From: Vulcanimicrobiales bacterium | GTDB lineage: Bacteria; Vulcanimicrobiota; Vulcanimicrobiia; Vulcanimicrobiales; Vulcanimicrobiaceae | Direction: 5' to 3' | Assembly (NCBI GenBank): GCA_038215615.1 | Contig: JBBQQR010000001.1 | Location: 128,001-192,000 of the forward strand | Length of the DNA: 64,000 bases | In this document: one piece after another, positions 19,062 through 30,673 of the stretch | How the letters are laid out: the number at the start of each line of letters is the position of its first letter | Numbering within the stretch: position 1 is the first letter of the stretch | Made by a program: the position numbers and the translations under genes | The notes under the pieces: generated by a model | What the model saw: only the letters and a program-made list of their open reading frames with translations | What the model was told of the DNA's origin: nothing | The model's database searches: none

Positions 19062-20750
19062 CATCGTGCGCCGGCCGCCGACCGTGAAGCCAAGCTCAAC
19101 GCACTGCTTGCGCTCATCAACGAACGTGCCGGACACATTCTCGACCGGCGGCGCATTCTCGAATCACTGAGCGAAGACATCCGCGCCGCTTTCGGCGCGG
19201 ACCGCGCCGTCATTTACGGGCGCGGCGAAACTGCCGAAGACGCGAGTTTGCTTGCGTCGGCGCAGACCGAGCGCGCTTGGACGGCGCTGCCTCCCACGGC
19301 GAAGATCGCGCAAACCTGGCTGGACGAAGCTTTTAGCGGCGCGGTCATCACGCGGCCGCGCACGACCGTCGATCCGCGCGATGGATTGCTACGTTCGCTC
19401 GGCGCGGGTTCGGCGATCGTCGCCCCACTGGTCATCGAGGGGCGGGTGGAGCACGCCATCACCCTGCATTTCAACCGGCCCAACGCCTTCGATGAGATCG
19501 ACGCGCTGCTGCTGCGTTCGGTCGCGTCCCACGTGGCGCTGGCGCTGGCAAACGTGCAAGTTTACGATCTCGAGCGCTTGCGACGCACGCGTGCCGAATC
19601 GCTGGAGCGCGTTGTCCGCATGCTGCGCGACACGCGGACGACCGAAGAAGTCGTACTCGTGTTTGCGGTTACGGTTTCGCACGAAGTCAAAGTTGCTTGC
19701 GCCGTCTATGAAATCGATCGCACCGCGGCTGCGCGGCGGGCCGTGCGCACGTTGGAACCGGCGCGCCGCGGAATGCCGGCCCGCATAGAAGCGACGCATC
19801 TGCTGCCGAAGCTCGAGCGCGGCGAACTCACGCTTTCTTCGAAACTCCCCGAGACCGAACGCAAGCGGCTTTTCGGCACGAACAGCGGCGCGATCGTTCC
19901 GCTGCGCAGCGATGGCAACGTGTGGGGTTTCGTGCTCTACATGGGCTCGCCCGGAGCTTTTGACTGGGAAGACGTCGAGCGCCGAGTCTATCTGCGTACG
20001 CTGACTTCGCATCTGGAGCTCGCGCTCTCCGCCGCCATCGGATTCGAGCGCATCCAACAACTGGCGCGCGCGCTTTCGGAGAGCAACGAATTCAAAGACG
20101 ATCTGCTCGCGATGCTCGCGCACGACTTCAAGGGTCCGCTCACCGTGATTGCCGGATACTGCGAACTGCTACTCGAGAGTTCACCGCCGGCGCTGCACGA
20201 GGAACTCGAAACGATCTATTCGCAGACGCAGCGCTTGGTGCGACTCTCCGATGACGCCGTCGCACTGGCGCAAACGCAGGCCGCCGGATTCTCGTTGGAC
20301 CGCTCGGTTCTGGACTTGCGCGAAGTCGTCGGCGAAAGCGTCAAAGCGCGCAACCGTGGCGCCGACCGCATCCGTTTCGAGGCGCCCTCGCAGCCGGTTT
20401 CCGTCTCGCTCGATCCGGGCCGCTTCAATCACGTGCTCGATAATCTGCTCATGAACGCGCTGAAATATTCGGACGGGGAAGTTCTCGTGCGCGTGAGCCG
20501 CGGTGAAGAAAACGCGTCGATCGCGGTCACGGATCGCGGAATCGGCATTCCCAGCGAAGAGCTCGCGCAGGTCTTCACGCGCTTCGGCAGGGCCAGCAAC
20601 GCTCGCCGGAAAGGGGTATCGGGTTCGGGGGTGGGGCTGTACGTCAGCCGCAAGATCGTCGAGGTCCATGGGGGCAGCATCTCGGTTGCTTCCGCCGAGG
20701 GCCGCGGAAGCACGTTTACCATCTCGCTCCCGCTCTCCGACTCGCTCTAA
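19062..20750 (+). CDS. GAF-GAF sensor histidine kinase (start codon uncertain)
   Basis: H-box [10 protein letters not shown]-box NALKYS, DRGIGI and GSGVGL; the frame is open and GAF-like well upstream of the first TTG at 19248. Confidence 0.85.
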   Translation, partial: HRAPAADREAKLNALLALINERAGHILDRRRILESLSEDIRAAFGADRAVIYGRGETAEDASLLASAQTERAWTALPPTAKIAQTWLDEAFSGAVITRPRTTVDPRDGLLRSLGAGSAIVAPLVIEGRVEHAITLHFNRPNAFDEIDALLLRSVASHVALALANVQVYDLERLRRTRAESLERVVRMLRDTRTTEEVVLVFAVTVSHEVKVACAVYEIDRTAAARRAVRTLEPARRGMPARIEATHLLPKLERGELTLSSKLPETERKRLFGTNSGAIVPLRSDGNVWGFVLYMGSPGAFDWEDVERRVYLRTLTSHLELALSAAIGFERIQQLARALSESNEFKDDLLAMLAHDFKGPLTVIAGYCELLLESSPPALHEELETIYSQTQRLVRLSDDAVALAQTQAAGFSLDRSVLDLREVVGESVKARNRGADRIRFEAPSQPVSVSLDPGRFNHVLDNLLMNALKYSDGEVLVRVSRGEENASIAVTDRGIGIPSEELAQVFTRFGRASNARRKGVSGSGVGLYVSRKIVEVHGGSISVASAEGRGSTFTISLPLSDSL

Positions 20751-20788
20751 AGCAACCCTCTTACTCGCCGGACGGTACTAGGAACGGT

Positions 20789-23365
<2,577 letters not shown>

Positions 23366-23401
23366 CGGGCATAGAGGAACGCGAGCGAAACCGGCCACCC
23401 C
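23366..23401 (+). repeat. Left copy of a 36-bp inverted repeat
   Basis: CGGGCATAGAGGAACGCGAGCGAAACCGGCCACCCC matches the reverse complement of 28190-28225 at 33/36 positions. Confidence 0.9.
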
Positions 23402-23687
23402 CCACCTCGCGCTGACACTTATCGTGGCGCATGTGTCCCATTTTTTCATGCGCTTACTCCGCTCTTATTAGCGTGCCTACCTTGCACCCGGTGTCATAAC
23501 CTGTGCACCGAAAATGAGCGCTTCCTGCTGCAACAAAACGTATGCCGTTGGGTGCGCCGCGCGCAAGAGCCCGACCCGCATCATGCTCATGTTACGCGAG
23601 TGCATCATGCGCACAGTGCGAGCATGTCGGCTTTGCCAGAGGCATCCAATATTGTACGATTGAAGTCGTTGGAGTGGATGAACGCGC

Positions 23688-24608
23688 GTGAAGTACTTAG
23701 CAAATCCCGGAATTCGCACCACTTTACTCTTCGCACTCGTCTGCTGGATTTGGGGCAGCACGTGGCTCGCGATCAAATTCGGACTTGTCGGCGTGCCGCC
23801 ATTCGTGGGCGCCGCGATTCGAATGGCCATTTCGGGCGTCCTCCTCGTCGCTGTCGCGACGCTGATGCGTGCGCCTTGGCCGCGAGGTCGAATCTACGTC
23901 GTTCACGTGCTCACGCAGGGCGTGCTTGTCTTCGGATTCCAATACGCGCTCGTCTATTGGTCCGAACTGACGGTGCCAAGCGGTCTCGTCGCGGTTTTGT
24001 TCGCAGTCAATCCGTTGCTGACAGCGTTCCTGGCGGCGTTCGTATTTCGCATCGAAACATTGGCGCTTGTGAACGTTGTCGGCCTGATCACCAGCTTTTG
24101 CGGCTTAGGGCTCATCTTTTCCACCGAAGTCTTCGCCGCCGCGCACGCCTCCGCCGCCGGAGCGCTCGCGGTTTTGGGAGCCTCATCCCTTGCGGCAATT
24201 GCGACCGTATTTGCAAAGCGCTACGCCCAGGGAATCCCACCGATTGCAACGGTCGGGCCGGGTCAGATCGTTGGAGCGCTGGTGCTCGGAGCGCTCGCGC
24301 TGTTCATGGAACGGGGGCAGCCGGTGCATTTCACGACAACTGCCCTGGTGGCGCTCCTCTACCTCACGTTTTTCGGCAGCACGATCGCGTTCCTTACGTA
24401 CTTCACGCTCATCCGGGTGATGACAGTGACGAAACTCTCGCTGCTCACGTACATCACTCCGGTGATCGCGGTTCTCCTGGGCTTCGTCTTCGCCCAAGAG
24501 AGGCTCGCGCCGCTTTCTTTCGCCGGCATCGCGGTCGTATTCATCGGTATTACGCTGGTGCACTTTAAGCCGCGCACGCGCTACATTAGCCTAGGGCCGG
24601 CACGTTGA
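23688..24608 (+). CDS. EamA/DMT family transporter
   Basis: IWGSTWLAIK, VPSGLVAVL and YITPVIAVLLG; about 10 TM helices. Confidence 0.9.
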   Translation: MKYLANPGIRTTLLFALVCWIWGSTWLAIKFGLVGVPPFVGAAIRMAISGVLLVAVATLMRAPWPRGRIYVVHVLTQGVLVFGFQYALVYWSELTVPSGLVAVLFAVNPLLTAFLAAFVFRIETLALVNVVGLITSFCGLGLIFSTEVFAAAHASAAGALAVLGASSLAAIATVFAKRYAQGIPPIATVGPGQIVGALVLGALALFMERGQPVHFTTTALVALLYLTFFGSTIAFLTYFTLIRVMTVTKLSLLTYITPVIAVLLGFVFAQERLAPLSFAGIAVVFIGITLVHFKPRTRYISLGPAR

Positions 24609-24678
24609 CGTTCGGCGGGGCGAAGGATGCGAACGAAGCCCGGTGTCGATGTCGTGCGTGAAGCGTTTCGAGGCTAAG

Positions 24679-25065
24679 TTACCGAGGACGGCCGAAAAAC
24701 AACACGTAGCCGTCAGCGTCTTCAAGCTCGAAGCCACGCAGACCGTCATGGGTATCTTGAAGAGGCACAGAAAAGGAAACACCGCGCGATGCAAATTCGG
24801 CCCCCAGCGCATCAGGATCGGGCACATAGACGTAGGCATCCCATCGCGCCGACGGGTTGCGCCTGCAGTTGGGTAGCGGTTCTTCGCCGACATCCTTGAC
24901 GAAGATCATCGCCCCGTCACGCTGCACAATTGCAAAAAGGGGCTCGTTATCGGGCTCCTGAAAGGCGATGTCGAAACCGAGCATCTCGTGATAGAATGAG
25001 AGTGCTGCTGGTACGTGTTGGACGATGAAGAACGGTGAGACACTGGTTATCGCTGGCACTGTCAT
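24679..25065 (-). CDS. VOC (glyoxalase/bleomycin-resistance) family protein
   Basis: ALSFYHEMLGF and GLRGFELEDADGYVLFFG. Confidence 0.88.
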   Translation of the reverse strand: MTVPAITSVSPFFIVQHVPAALSFYHEMLGFDIAFQEPDNEPLFAIVQRDGAMIFVKDVGEEPLPNCRRNPSARWDAYVYVPDPDALGAEFASRGVSFSVPLQDTHDGLRGFELEDADGYVLFFGRPR

Positions 25066-25072
25066 GCATACC

Positions 25073-25078
25073 ATCCTA
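25073..25078 (-). promoter_or_regulatory. Putative -10 element of a leaderless VOC transcript
   Basis: TAGGAT followed by 7 nt and then ATG (25065). Confidence 0.4.
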
Positions 25079-25289
25079 TTGAATTCGGAGCGGTCGCTTA
25101 GAACGCGAATGCGCGTGCACGCAAATTAATAAAAAATGCGGATGTAAGGTGAAAAGGAGTGGCTTCCAATGCTCCATGCCGGCCCGTATCACAGTCGGCT
25201 TCGGGCTTTCCGAGGATGCAGCCAAGGCCGCCCCATTAACGAGAGCCGCGCAACAAACCGTTAGAAGTAAGCCAAAAACCACGGCGCAT
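25076..25289 (-). pseudogene. Possible frameshifted remnant of a secreted-protein gene
   Basis: Removing one T from the T5 run (25274-25278) gives MRRGFGLLLTVCCAALVNGAALAASSESPKPT, which is signal-peptide-like; the downstream part is short and AT-richer. Confidence 0.3.
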
Positions 25290-25416
25290 TGCCAGATCCG
25301 TTCGTGCCCGGATAGGGCTTCTCCGGCATCCGATAGAGATGCGCGCTTTAATATTGAGACTGGCTGCGAGAACACGAAGTATTGCCGCTGAGCGACGACT
25401 TAAGTTTTTTGTAGCG

Positions 25417-26040
25417 TCAATACCACGCGTCGGCGACCTGCGTTAACTGGGCAAGCGTCTTAAATACTTCCGAGCTCGTTACTGAAACGTGCGAGGCAAG
25501 CGCGCCTTCAAGCGTTTGTTTGAGCGCGGACTCGAAGATGGCACGTCGACGGCGCTTGGCGTTGATCAACGCGTCGATTTGGGCGGGTTCGAGTTGTTTG
25601 GTAACGGTTTCGTTGACCTGAGCGCGCAACGCGTCGACGCCCGAGCGTGCGCGATCGGCGATGGCCGCGGCGCGTGTTCCATCGGCATGACTGAGTCCGT
25701 GCGCCGGTGGTGTGGAAGGATCGAGCGGGTCGAACCACCCGTAGGCGCGATCATAGCGCCGATAGAGCTCGGCGAGCTCGTGCAGCGCACGCTCGCGTGC
25801 CTCGTGGACTTTTTCGCGAAACGCCGCCATCGCCGACAGAATTGCGGCAGCTGAGTCGCGCGGCAATATTTCCTCGATCGTGCGCCGATACGCGCGGTCA
25901 GCGTCGTCCAGCGCGGCGACTGCCGGAATGAATCGCTTGCGCAACTCCGGCTCTAGATCCTCAAGTCGTAGTTGCGAACTCGTGGAGGCCGCCAGCGCAA
26001 GTGCGAGTGGCGGAACGGCGCGCTCGATCACTGCCTCCAT
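25417..26040 (-). CDS. Hypothetical alpha-helical protein
   Basis: 207-aa Ala/Arg/Glu-rich ORF filling the interval; no recognisable motif. Confidence 0.65.
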   Translation of the reverse strand: MEAVIERAVPPLALALAASTSSQLRLEDLEPELRKRFIPAVAALDDADRAYRRTIEEILPRDSAAAILSAMAAFREKVHEARERALHELAELYRRYDRAYGWFDPLDPSTPPAHGLSHADGTRAAAIADRARSGVDALRAQVNETVTKQLEPAQIDALINAKRRRRAIFESALKQTLEGALASHVSVTSSEVFKTLAQLTQVADAWY

Positions 26041-26064
26041 GTTCGAGGAGTCCTTCCATCGTCC

Positions 26065-26412
26065 GTGTATTCCTGGCATATTGATAGGGTCTACGAGCGG
26101 ATCGTCCCTCCGTGGTTACCCGCCACCGCCGCGCTCGTCGCAGTGAGCGGCGCATTCGAAATACTCGGAGGCACGGGCGTCCTCGTACCGATAACGCGCA
26201 AAGCTGCGGGCATCGGATTGATCGCGTTGCTCGTCGCGGTGTTCCCGGCCAACGTGCACATGGCGACGCATTCTCACGCGTACGACATCGCTCCGCCGGT
26301 CGCGCTCTACCTACGGCTGCCGCTGCAAGCCGTACTCATCGCCTGGGTGTACGCTGCCTGCGTGGGCAAGCACTCGGAACGCGGCATGATGTGCCTCCCC
26401 AAGGTTGAATGA
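26065..26412 (+). pseudogene. DoxX-like membrane protein, 5'-truncated
   Basis: YERIVPPWLP, SGAFEILGG, VFPANVHMA and RLPLQAVLIAW are present, but the first TM helix and AG..HF motif are missing. Confidence 0.6.
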
Positions 26413-26419
26413 TGATTAC

Positions 26420-28162
26420 ATGAGCGAGAGATTTCGTATTACGATCATTTTGCTGGCACTCGGCGCGTTTGCGCTGGGCTGCTACGACCTCGCCAATCCG
26501 TACCGTCCGGGCCAGATCGGGTTCGATGGAACTTCTCTCAATAACGGTGACCTCACATTTGTAGCGCTCTATCCTGGAGCAGCAGCGGAAAGAGCCGGGA
26601 TCCGAATGGGCGATGTTCTCTTGATGAGCGCACTTTCGCCGCGCGAGCAGTTCGAGATGAATATGCGGCGCGCCGGCCAGTCGCTGCAGCTCCCGGTGCA
26701 ACGAGGAGCCAAACGGTTAACGTTTCATCTGGCAGCGGAAAAGGCCAAGAACAAGCCGGTTGAGCTCGGGCTATTAGACCTACTCTTCATTTTTGTCTTC
26801 GCGGCGACGGGCGTGCTCGTCGCCGTGCGGGGCGCGTCACGCATTGAGGTCAGAGCGCTGGCTTCATTGTTTGTTGCGGTGGCATGGGCATCGGCGCTAA
26901 GGTGGCTTTTCTTTGTCGCTCCGTCGCCCGCGCTGGCTTTCGTCGGGGCCATTGGAAGTGGCGCATCTCCTGGAAATGGCGCAACTCTCGCCGGTGGCGT
27001 CGCGCAGGCGGCGCTCGCGTATTTTTTGCTAGTCTTTGTCGGTCACTTCCCGCCAGGACCATCGCGTCTGCGCTCCGCGGTCGCTCGCATCGCGTTGCCT
27101 ATAGCCGCGCTCTTAGTGCTCTTTAGCCTGTGGAACGCCGCTCAAATCTGGCGCGCTGACTGGACGGTCTTCCAAATTGCCGGGATCGGTGGGTCCGCTT
27201 GGTTAAGCAGACTACTGAACAGCGTGGTCGTCCCGGTGCTCGTGATCGTTGCTTCAATCGATGGCCTCATGCATGTCGATGAGAACCATCGCGTTCAGAT
27301 GCGCTGGATCGGCATCGCGCTGATCGTTGCGGCGATTGCTCCACTCTACGGAGCCGGCTATGCGATGACGGGTCCGACCGCGGCGCCCCTCGTCGCGTGG
27401 TTTGGCATCTTTGGCGAATTGCCGATGCTCGCGATCGCATACGCGATTTTGCGCCACCGTATTGCCGACGTGAGTTTCGTTTTCAGTCGCGCGGCGACGT
27501 TTGCCATTATGTCCGCCGTCGTGCTCGTGCTGGTTGTGGCGTTGGAGTGGATCGCCGGGCAAGTTTTAGAGCGCGGCATCGGGGTGGAGGCGGCCAACGG
27601 AGTCGTCGGACAAGCATTGCGGTTAGCTGTTGCAGTGGGCGTCGGCTTGTCGGCCGTGCCGATTCTCAAGCTCGTGGAGCGGTGGCTTAATTCCGTATTT
27701 TTCGGAAAGAGAGCGCAAGCGTTAACAGAATTGCGAAGGTTTGCGCTGGAGGCGGACGTCGTAACGAACTCGGGTTCGCTACTGACGCTTGCATGCGATT
27801 CTTTGCGCGACAACACCGAAGCGCGGTACGCAGCGATCTATATGTCGGAAAATGGCGGTTACAGCAGGGTGCGCAGCTCCGACGAGTCGCCCCCGCCCGC
27901 GCTGGACCAAGATGACGCGACGATCGTTCGCCTGCGCCGCTGGAACGAGCCGTTTGAAATGAGCGTGGGAGCACATGCGCTCAGCGAGGCGCTGATGCTG
28001 CCCATGACGGTCGGCGGCTCGCTCCTGGGTGTACTCGTGTGCGGGCCCAAACGCGAGCGCACGCATTACCTGAATGAAGAAATAGAGGCACTCGCGTTGG
28101 TCGCACATCGGGTCGGCACGGCTTCGTACGTGCTCCAGCGCAACGGAAGTACGGGGGCGTAG
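26420..28162 (+). CDS. PDZ-like + multipass membrane + GAF-like protein (paralog A)
   Basis: PGAAAERAGIRMGDVLL (PDZ-like), about 9 TM segments, YAILRHR and C-terminal LRRWNEPF..LPM..G.L.G...CGPK. Confidence 0.75.
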   Translation: MSERFRITIILLALGAFALGCYDLANPYRPGQIGFDGTSLNNGDLTFVALYPGAAAERAGIRMGDVLLMSALSPREQFEMNMRRAGQSLQLPVQRGAKRLTFHLAAEKAKNKPVELGLLDLLFIFVFAATGVLVAVRGASRIEVRALASLFVAVAWASALRWLFFVAPSPALAFVGAIGSGASPGNGATLAGGVAQAALAYFLLVFVGHFPPGPSRLRSAVARIALPIAALLVLFSLWNAAQIWRADWTVFQIAGIGGSAWLSRLLNSVVVPVLVIVASIDGLMHVDENHRVQMRWIGIALIVAAIAPLYGAGYAMTGPTAAPLVAWFGIFGELPMLAIAYAILRHRIADVSFVFSRAATFAIMSAVVLVLVVALEWIAGQVLERGIGVEAANGVVGQALRLAVAVGVGLSAVPILKLVERWLNSVFFGKRAQALTELRRFALEADVVTNSGSLLTLACDSLRDNTEARYAAIYMSENGGYSRVRSSDESPPPALDQDDATIVRLRRWNEPFEMSVGAHALSEALMLPMTVGGSLLGVLVCGPKRERTHYLNEEIEALALVAHRVGTASYVLQRNGSTGA

Positions 28163-28189
28163 CGGCTCGGGCGCGTTCGTCCTCGCGGA

Positions 28190-28225
28190 GGGGTGGCCCG
28201 TTTCGGACGCGTTCCTCTATGCCCG
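28190..28225 (-). repeat. Right copy of the 36-bp inverted repeat, inside a larger hairpin (28165-28228)
   Basis: Reverse complement reads CGGGCATAGAGGAACGCGTCCGAAACGGGCCACCCC; enclosed by GCTCGGGC/GCCCGAGC arms. Confidence 0.9.
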
Positions 28226-28259
28226 AGCGGCGGCTTAGGCCTCGATGGAGAAGCCCAAA

Positions 28260-28427
28260 ATGGAAAAAATCAGGGTCGTGCAGCAGAGTGGGATTGGATT
28301 GTTGTGGTTCGCCGGGTGGCTCTTTACGATCGGGTTTCTCCACTTGACGTTATGGAGCGGAGTCTTGGCGCTCGTTTTGTGGCCCTACGATTTAGGTGTG
28401 TATTTCGGCTCGCCGAAAGCGCCGTAG
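28260..28427 (+). CDS. Small membrane protein (55 aa)
   Basis: GGAG SD; GLLWFAGWLFTIGFLHL...LWPYDLG forms a hydrophobic hairpin. Confidence 0.7.
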   Translation: MEKIRVVQQSGIGLLWFAGWLFTIGFLHLTLWSGVLALVLWPYDLGVYFGSPKAP

Positions 28428-28432
28428 CCGGG

Positions 28433-29908
28433 CTAGGCGGGCTTGATATACAGCTGCCGCTTGGCGTAGTCGAAAAACAGCTGATACTGCGATAGGACGT
28501 CGCGCCCTAAAATTCCGTCGTAGTCACTCAGGTTAAACGTCGACGAACTGGGAACGAAAACCGCGGCGTCGCCGAAATGAATTCCGCCGAACTGCAGATC
28601 GGTCAAGCGCCTGAGCTGCGCCGGAACCTCGCCGCCGACCGCGCTTAGACTCATCCCCTGCTCGAGGAGTGGCACCGACGACCTTAGCTTCCGCACATAG
28701 GTTTGGTAGGCGATAGTTCCCATCGCACCCGTATCCACTAAAAAGAATCCCGGGACTCCTTCGAACGAAGCCTGGACGCGCGGCACGCCGTCGTCCAACT
28801 GCAGCGGCAGCGCAAACGTTCCGAGGGCATGCGGATCGAAACCGGACGGATAGAGCGTAAGCGTCGACTTTTGAAAATCGATTCCGATAACCGCCGAAGC
28901 GATGAAATCGCAGCCCAAGATGCCGACGATTCGCGAGCCTTCGGCATAATGCGAAATCGGGACGACCGAAAATGCGACGTCATGCAGATGCAGCGGCCCG
29001 ACGAGCATATCGGGAACGCGCGTTCGCGATATGTTCACGTCGCCGCCGATCGTCTGATTGGTTAAGCCGTATGCTGACAGCCCGAGCTGGTGCGCGACGC
29101 CGGCATCGATCGCCAGCCCGGATGCGCCGGAGTCAAGGAGAAAATCTAATCCTCGTCCGTTCATCGTCACGCGCACGACGATGCCGCTTTTCGAGAAGGC
29201 GGCGGGAATGACGACCGGCTTATCGATTGTGTAGAGGGCGCGCGAGACCGGCATCGTCACGGGCGTGCTGCCCGCGGGCGCGCGCTCGATCGAAACCGTC
29301 TCGGTTACCGTGTCGTTTTGCGGGCGCCCGTCGTAGTTGTGGATGCGAAACGGCCTTACGCTCCCGAAGACGGGACGGTAATCGCTGAACTCCGTGACGT
29401 GTTGATGCATGTCGGCATCGAACGTTATGAACCGGTTGACCAGAAACGTCCTGGCGTCGTAATAGCGCAGTTGATCGCTTCCGTCCGGCGGATTGGCTTC
29501 GATGACGTACTCTTGAGGCTGCGTCTGCGTCAGGCCGAGAACCGTGACGCGGTTGGCCGGATCCTCGGGATGCAGCAGCGCCCGGTTATTCGGGTCTACG
29601 AAGCGGCGGAAGTCGCTGCGAAGTAAAACGAGGCCGTTTTCGTCTTGGTTCCATCCTTGGCCGTTGTAAAACCCTGACGCGGTCGTGTATTCGCCATTCT
29701 GTACGACTGCGATGGAGTTTGCGCCGTCGATGCGGGTCGTGCGGACGCGATCCATTCCGCCGCCGCGAATGCGATCGATGATAACATAACGCCCCGTTGC
29801 GAGCGTTCCGCGCGCCGTTCTGCTTCTCGCCACGATCTCCGGTGCGCTCAGATTCGCGGGCAAGTACTGGACCATGAGGAGAACGGCTGCTGCGAGCAGT
29901 GCCCCCAT
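28433..29908 (-). CDS. Secreted protein with two retropepsin-like aspartyl protease domains
   Basis: Signal peptide; FLLDSGAS...GILGCD and FLVDTGA...GILGRD. Confidence 0.85.
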   Translation of the reverse strand: MGALLAAAVLLMVQYLPANLSAPEIVARSRTARGTLATGRYVIIDRIRGGGMDRVRTTRIDGANSIAVVQNGEYTTASGFYNGQGWNQDENGLVLLRSDFRRFVDPNNRALLHPEDPANRVTVLGLTQTQPQEYVIEANPPDGSDQLRYYDARTFLVNRFITFDADMHQHVTEFSDYRPVFGSVRPFRIHNYDGRPQNDTVTETVSIERAPAGSTPVTMPVSRALYTIDKPVVIPAAFSKSGIVVRVTMNGRGLDFLLDSGASGLAIDAGVAHQLGLSAYGLTNQTIGGDVNISRTRVPDMLVGPLHLHDVAFSVVPISHYAEGSRIVGILGCDFIASAVIGIDFQKSTLTLYPSGFDPHALGTFALPLQLDDGVPRVQASFEGVPGFFLVDTGAMGTIAYQTYVRKLRSSVPLLEQGMSLSAVGGEVPAQLRRLTDLQFGGIHFGDAAVFVPSSSTFNLSDYDGILGRDVLSQYQLFFDYAKRQLYIKPA

Positions 29909-29917
29909 GCGTCATGG

Positions 29918-30673
29918 TTAAGTGCGGCGCACCAAATCCCCGCCCAACGTCACCGCGTGCGCGTCGACGCTGACGTCGACTCCTGGGCCGCTGTCGCGCA
30001 GCGTCGTGGTGACGTTTCCGCCGGATCCGTTGTCATCGGAGATGACCAGCGAACCGTCGGTGTTTCGCGTGACGGTTTCGCCGCGACCCAGCTGCATGGA
30101 CTGGCCGGCGGCCAAGCTCAGTGACTTCCCGTTGCGAAGCACCAGCGCGTGCCCTTGGTTGTCGAGCGAGACTTGCGTGGCACCGAAGTTCGTGCTGACG
30201 GCTACGCGCCGGTTCCACGTTACGCCGTTGGCGCCGGCGGGCGTCACCGAGGTGCCGATTTGAAAGCCGCCGCGAAAAGAATTGGAGTCGAGCAGGTCCG
30301 GGTGATCGTCCATGCTGTCGAAGCGCGACTGCTGCGTACCTTCGGCGGTAGTGCCGTCGAAGGCGAGGTGCGGATCGCCGGTCGACGAGGCTTGCGCCTT
30401 GCTGAAGAGCGGCTGCGCGTTGTTGCCTTGGCCGCCGATCGCCGAGAGCAGCTGCTGCAGCAGGTTCATGATCTGCCAAAGAAGCCCGTTCACCGCACCG
30501 CCCGCGCCCGCGGCAGACGGCCAATTCGGAAAAGGCGAATGCCGAATTCGATCGCCGTGCTTGGGGCGGCTCTGATCCGGCGGCGGTGGTGCGTCCAATC
30601 CGATAATGCCTCCGCCGTCCGCCGGGTTTTGAATGGCGCCGAAGAGCGAAGCCAGGCTCTGCTGAATCTGCAT
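29918..30673 (-). CDS. Hypothetical Gly/Gln-rich protein with a GDPH motif
   Basis: GGAGG SD; low-complexity N-terminus with LLQQLLSAIGG, then TGDPHL and a beta-rich C-terminal domain. Confidence 0.75.
   Translation of the reverse strand: MQIQQSLASLFGAIQNPADGGGIIGLDAPPPPDQSRPKHGDRIRHSPFPNWPSAAGAGGAVNGLLWQIMNLLQQLLSAIGGQGNNAQPLFSKAQASSTGDPHLAFDGTTAEGTQQSRFDSMDDHPDLLDSNSFRGGFQIGTSVTPAGANGVTWNRRVAVSTNFGATQVSLDNQGHALVLRNGKSLSLAAGQSMQLGRGETVTRNTDGSLVISDDNGSGGNVTTTLRDSGPGVDVSVDAHAVTLGGDLVRRT

Noticed and set aside
23386..23403. Resemblance of GGGGGTGGCCGGTTTCG (minus strand) to a tmRNA 5' end or a Tn3 GGGG terminus
   Set aside because: It lacks TTCGAC and a tRNA-like 3' end, and the GGGG lies at the inner end of the repeat, the wrong polarity for Tn3 ends.
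23477..23663. Cys-rich 49-aa ORF (23514-23663, plus) and a mirror ORF on the minus strand
   Set aside because: No clear SD or recognisable motif; I cannot choose a strand or exclude chance.
24613..24631. Similarity to 47339-47359 (CGGCGGGGCG..GAAG.ATGCG)
   Set aside because: Short, gapped and GC-rich, so plausibly chance.
28165..28228. HDV-like (TCCTCGC) or hammerhead (CGAAAC) ribozyme reading of the repeat
   Set aside because: The P3/P1 pairings of the HDV fold do not close, and the hammerhead CTGA.GA core is absent.
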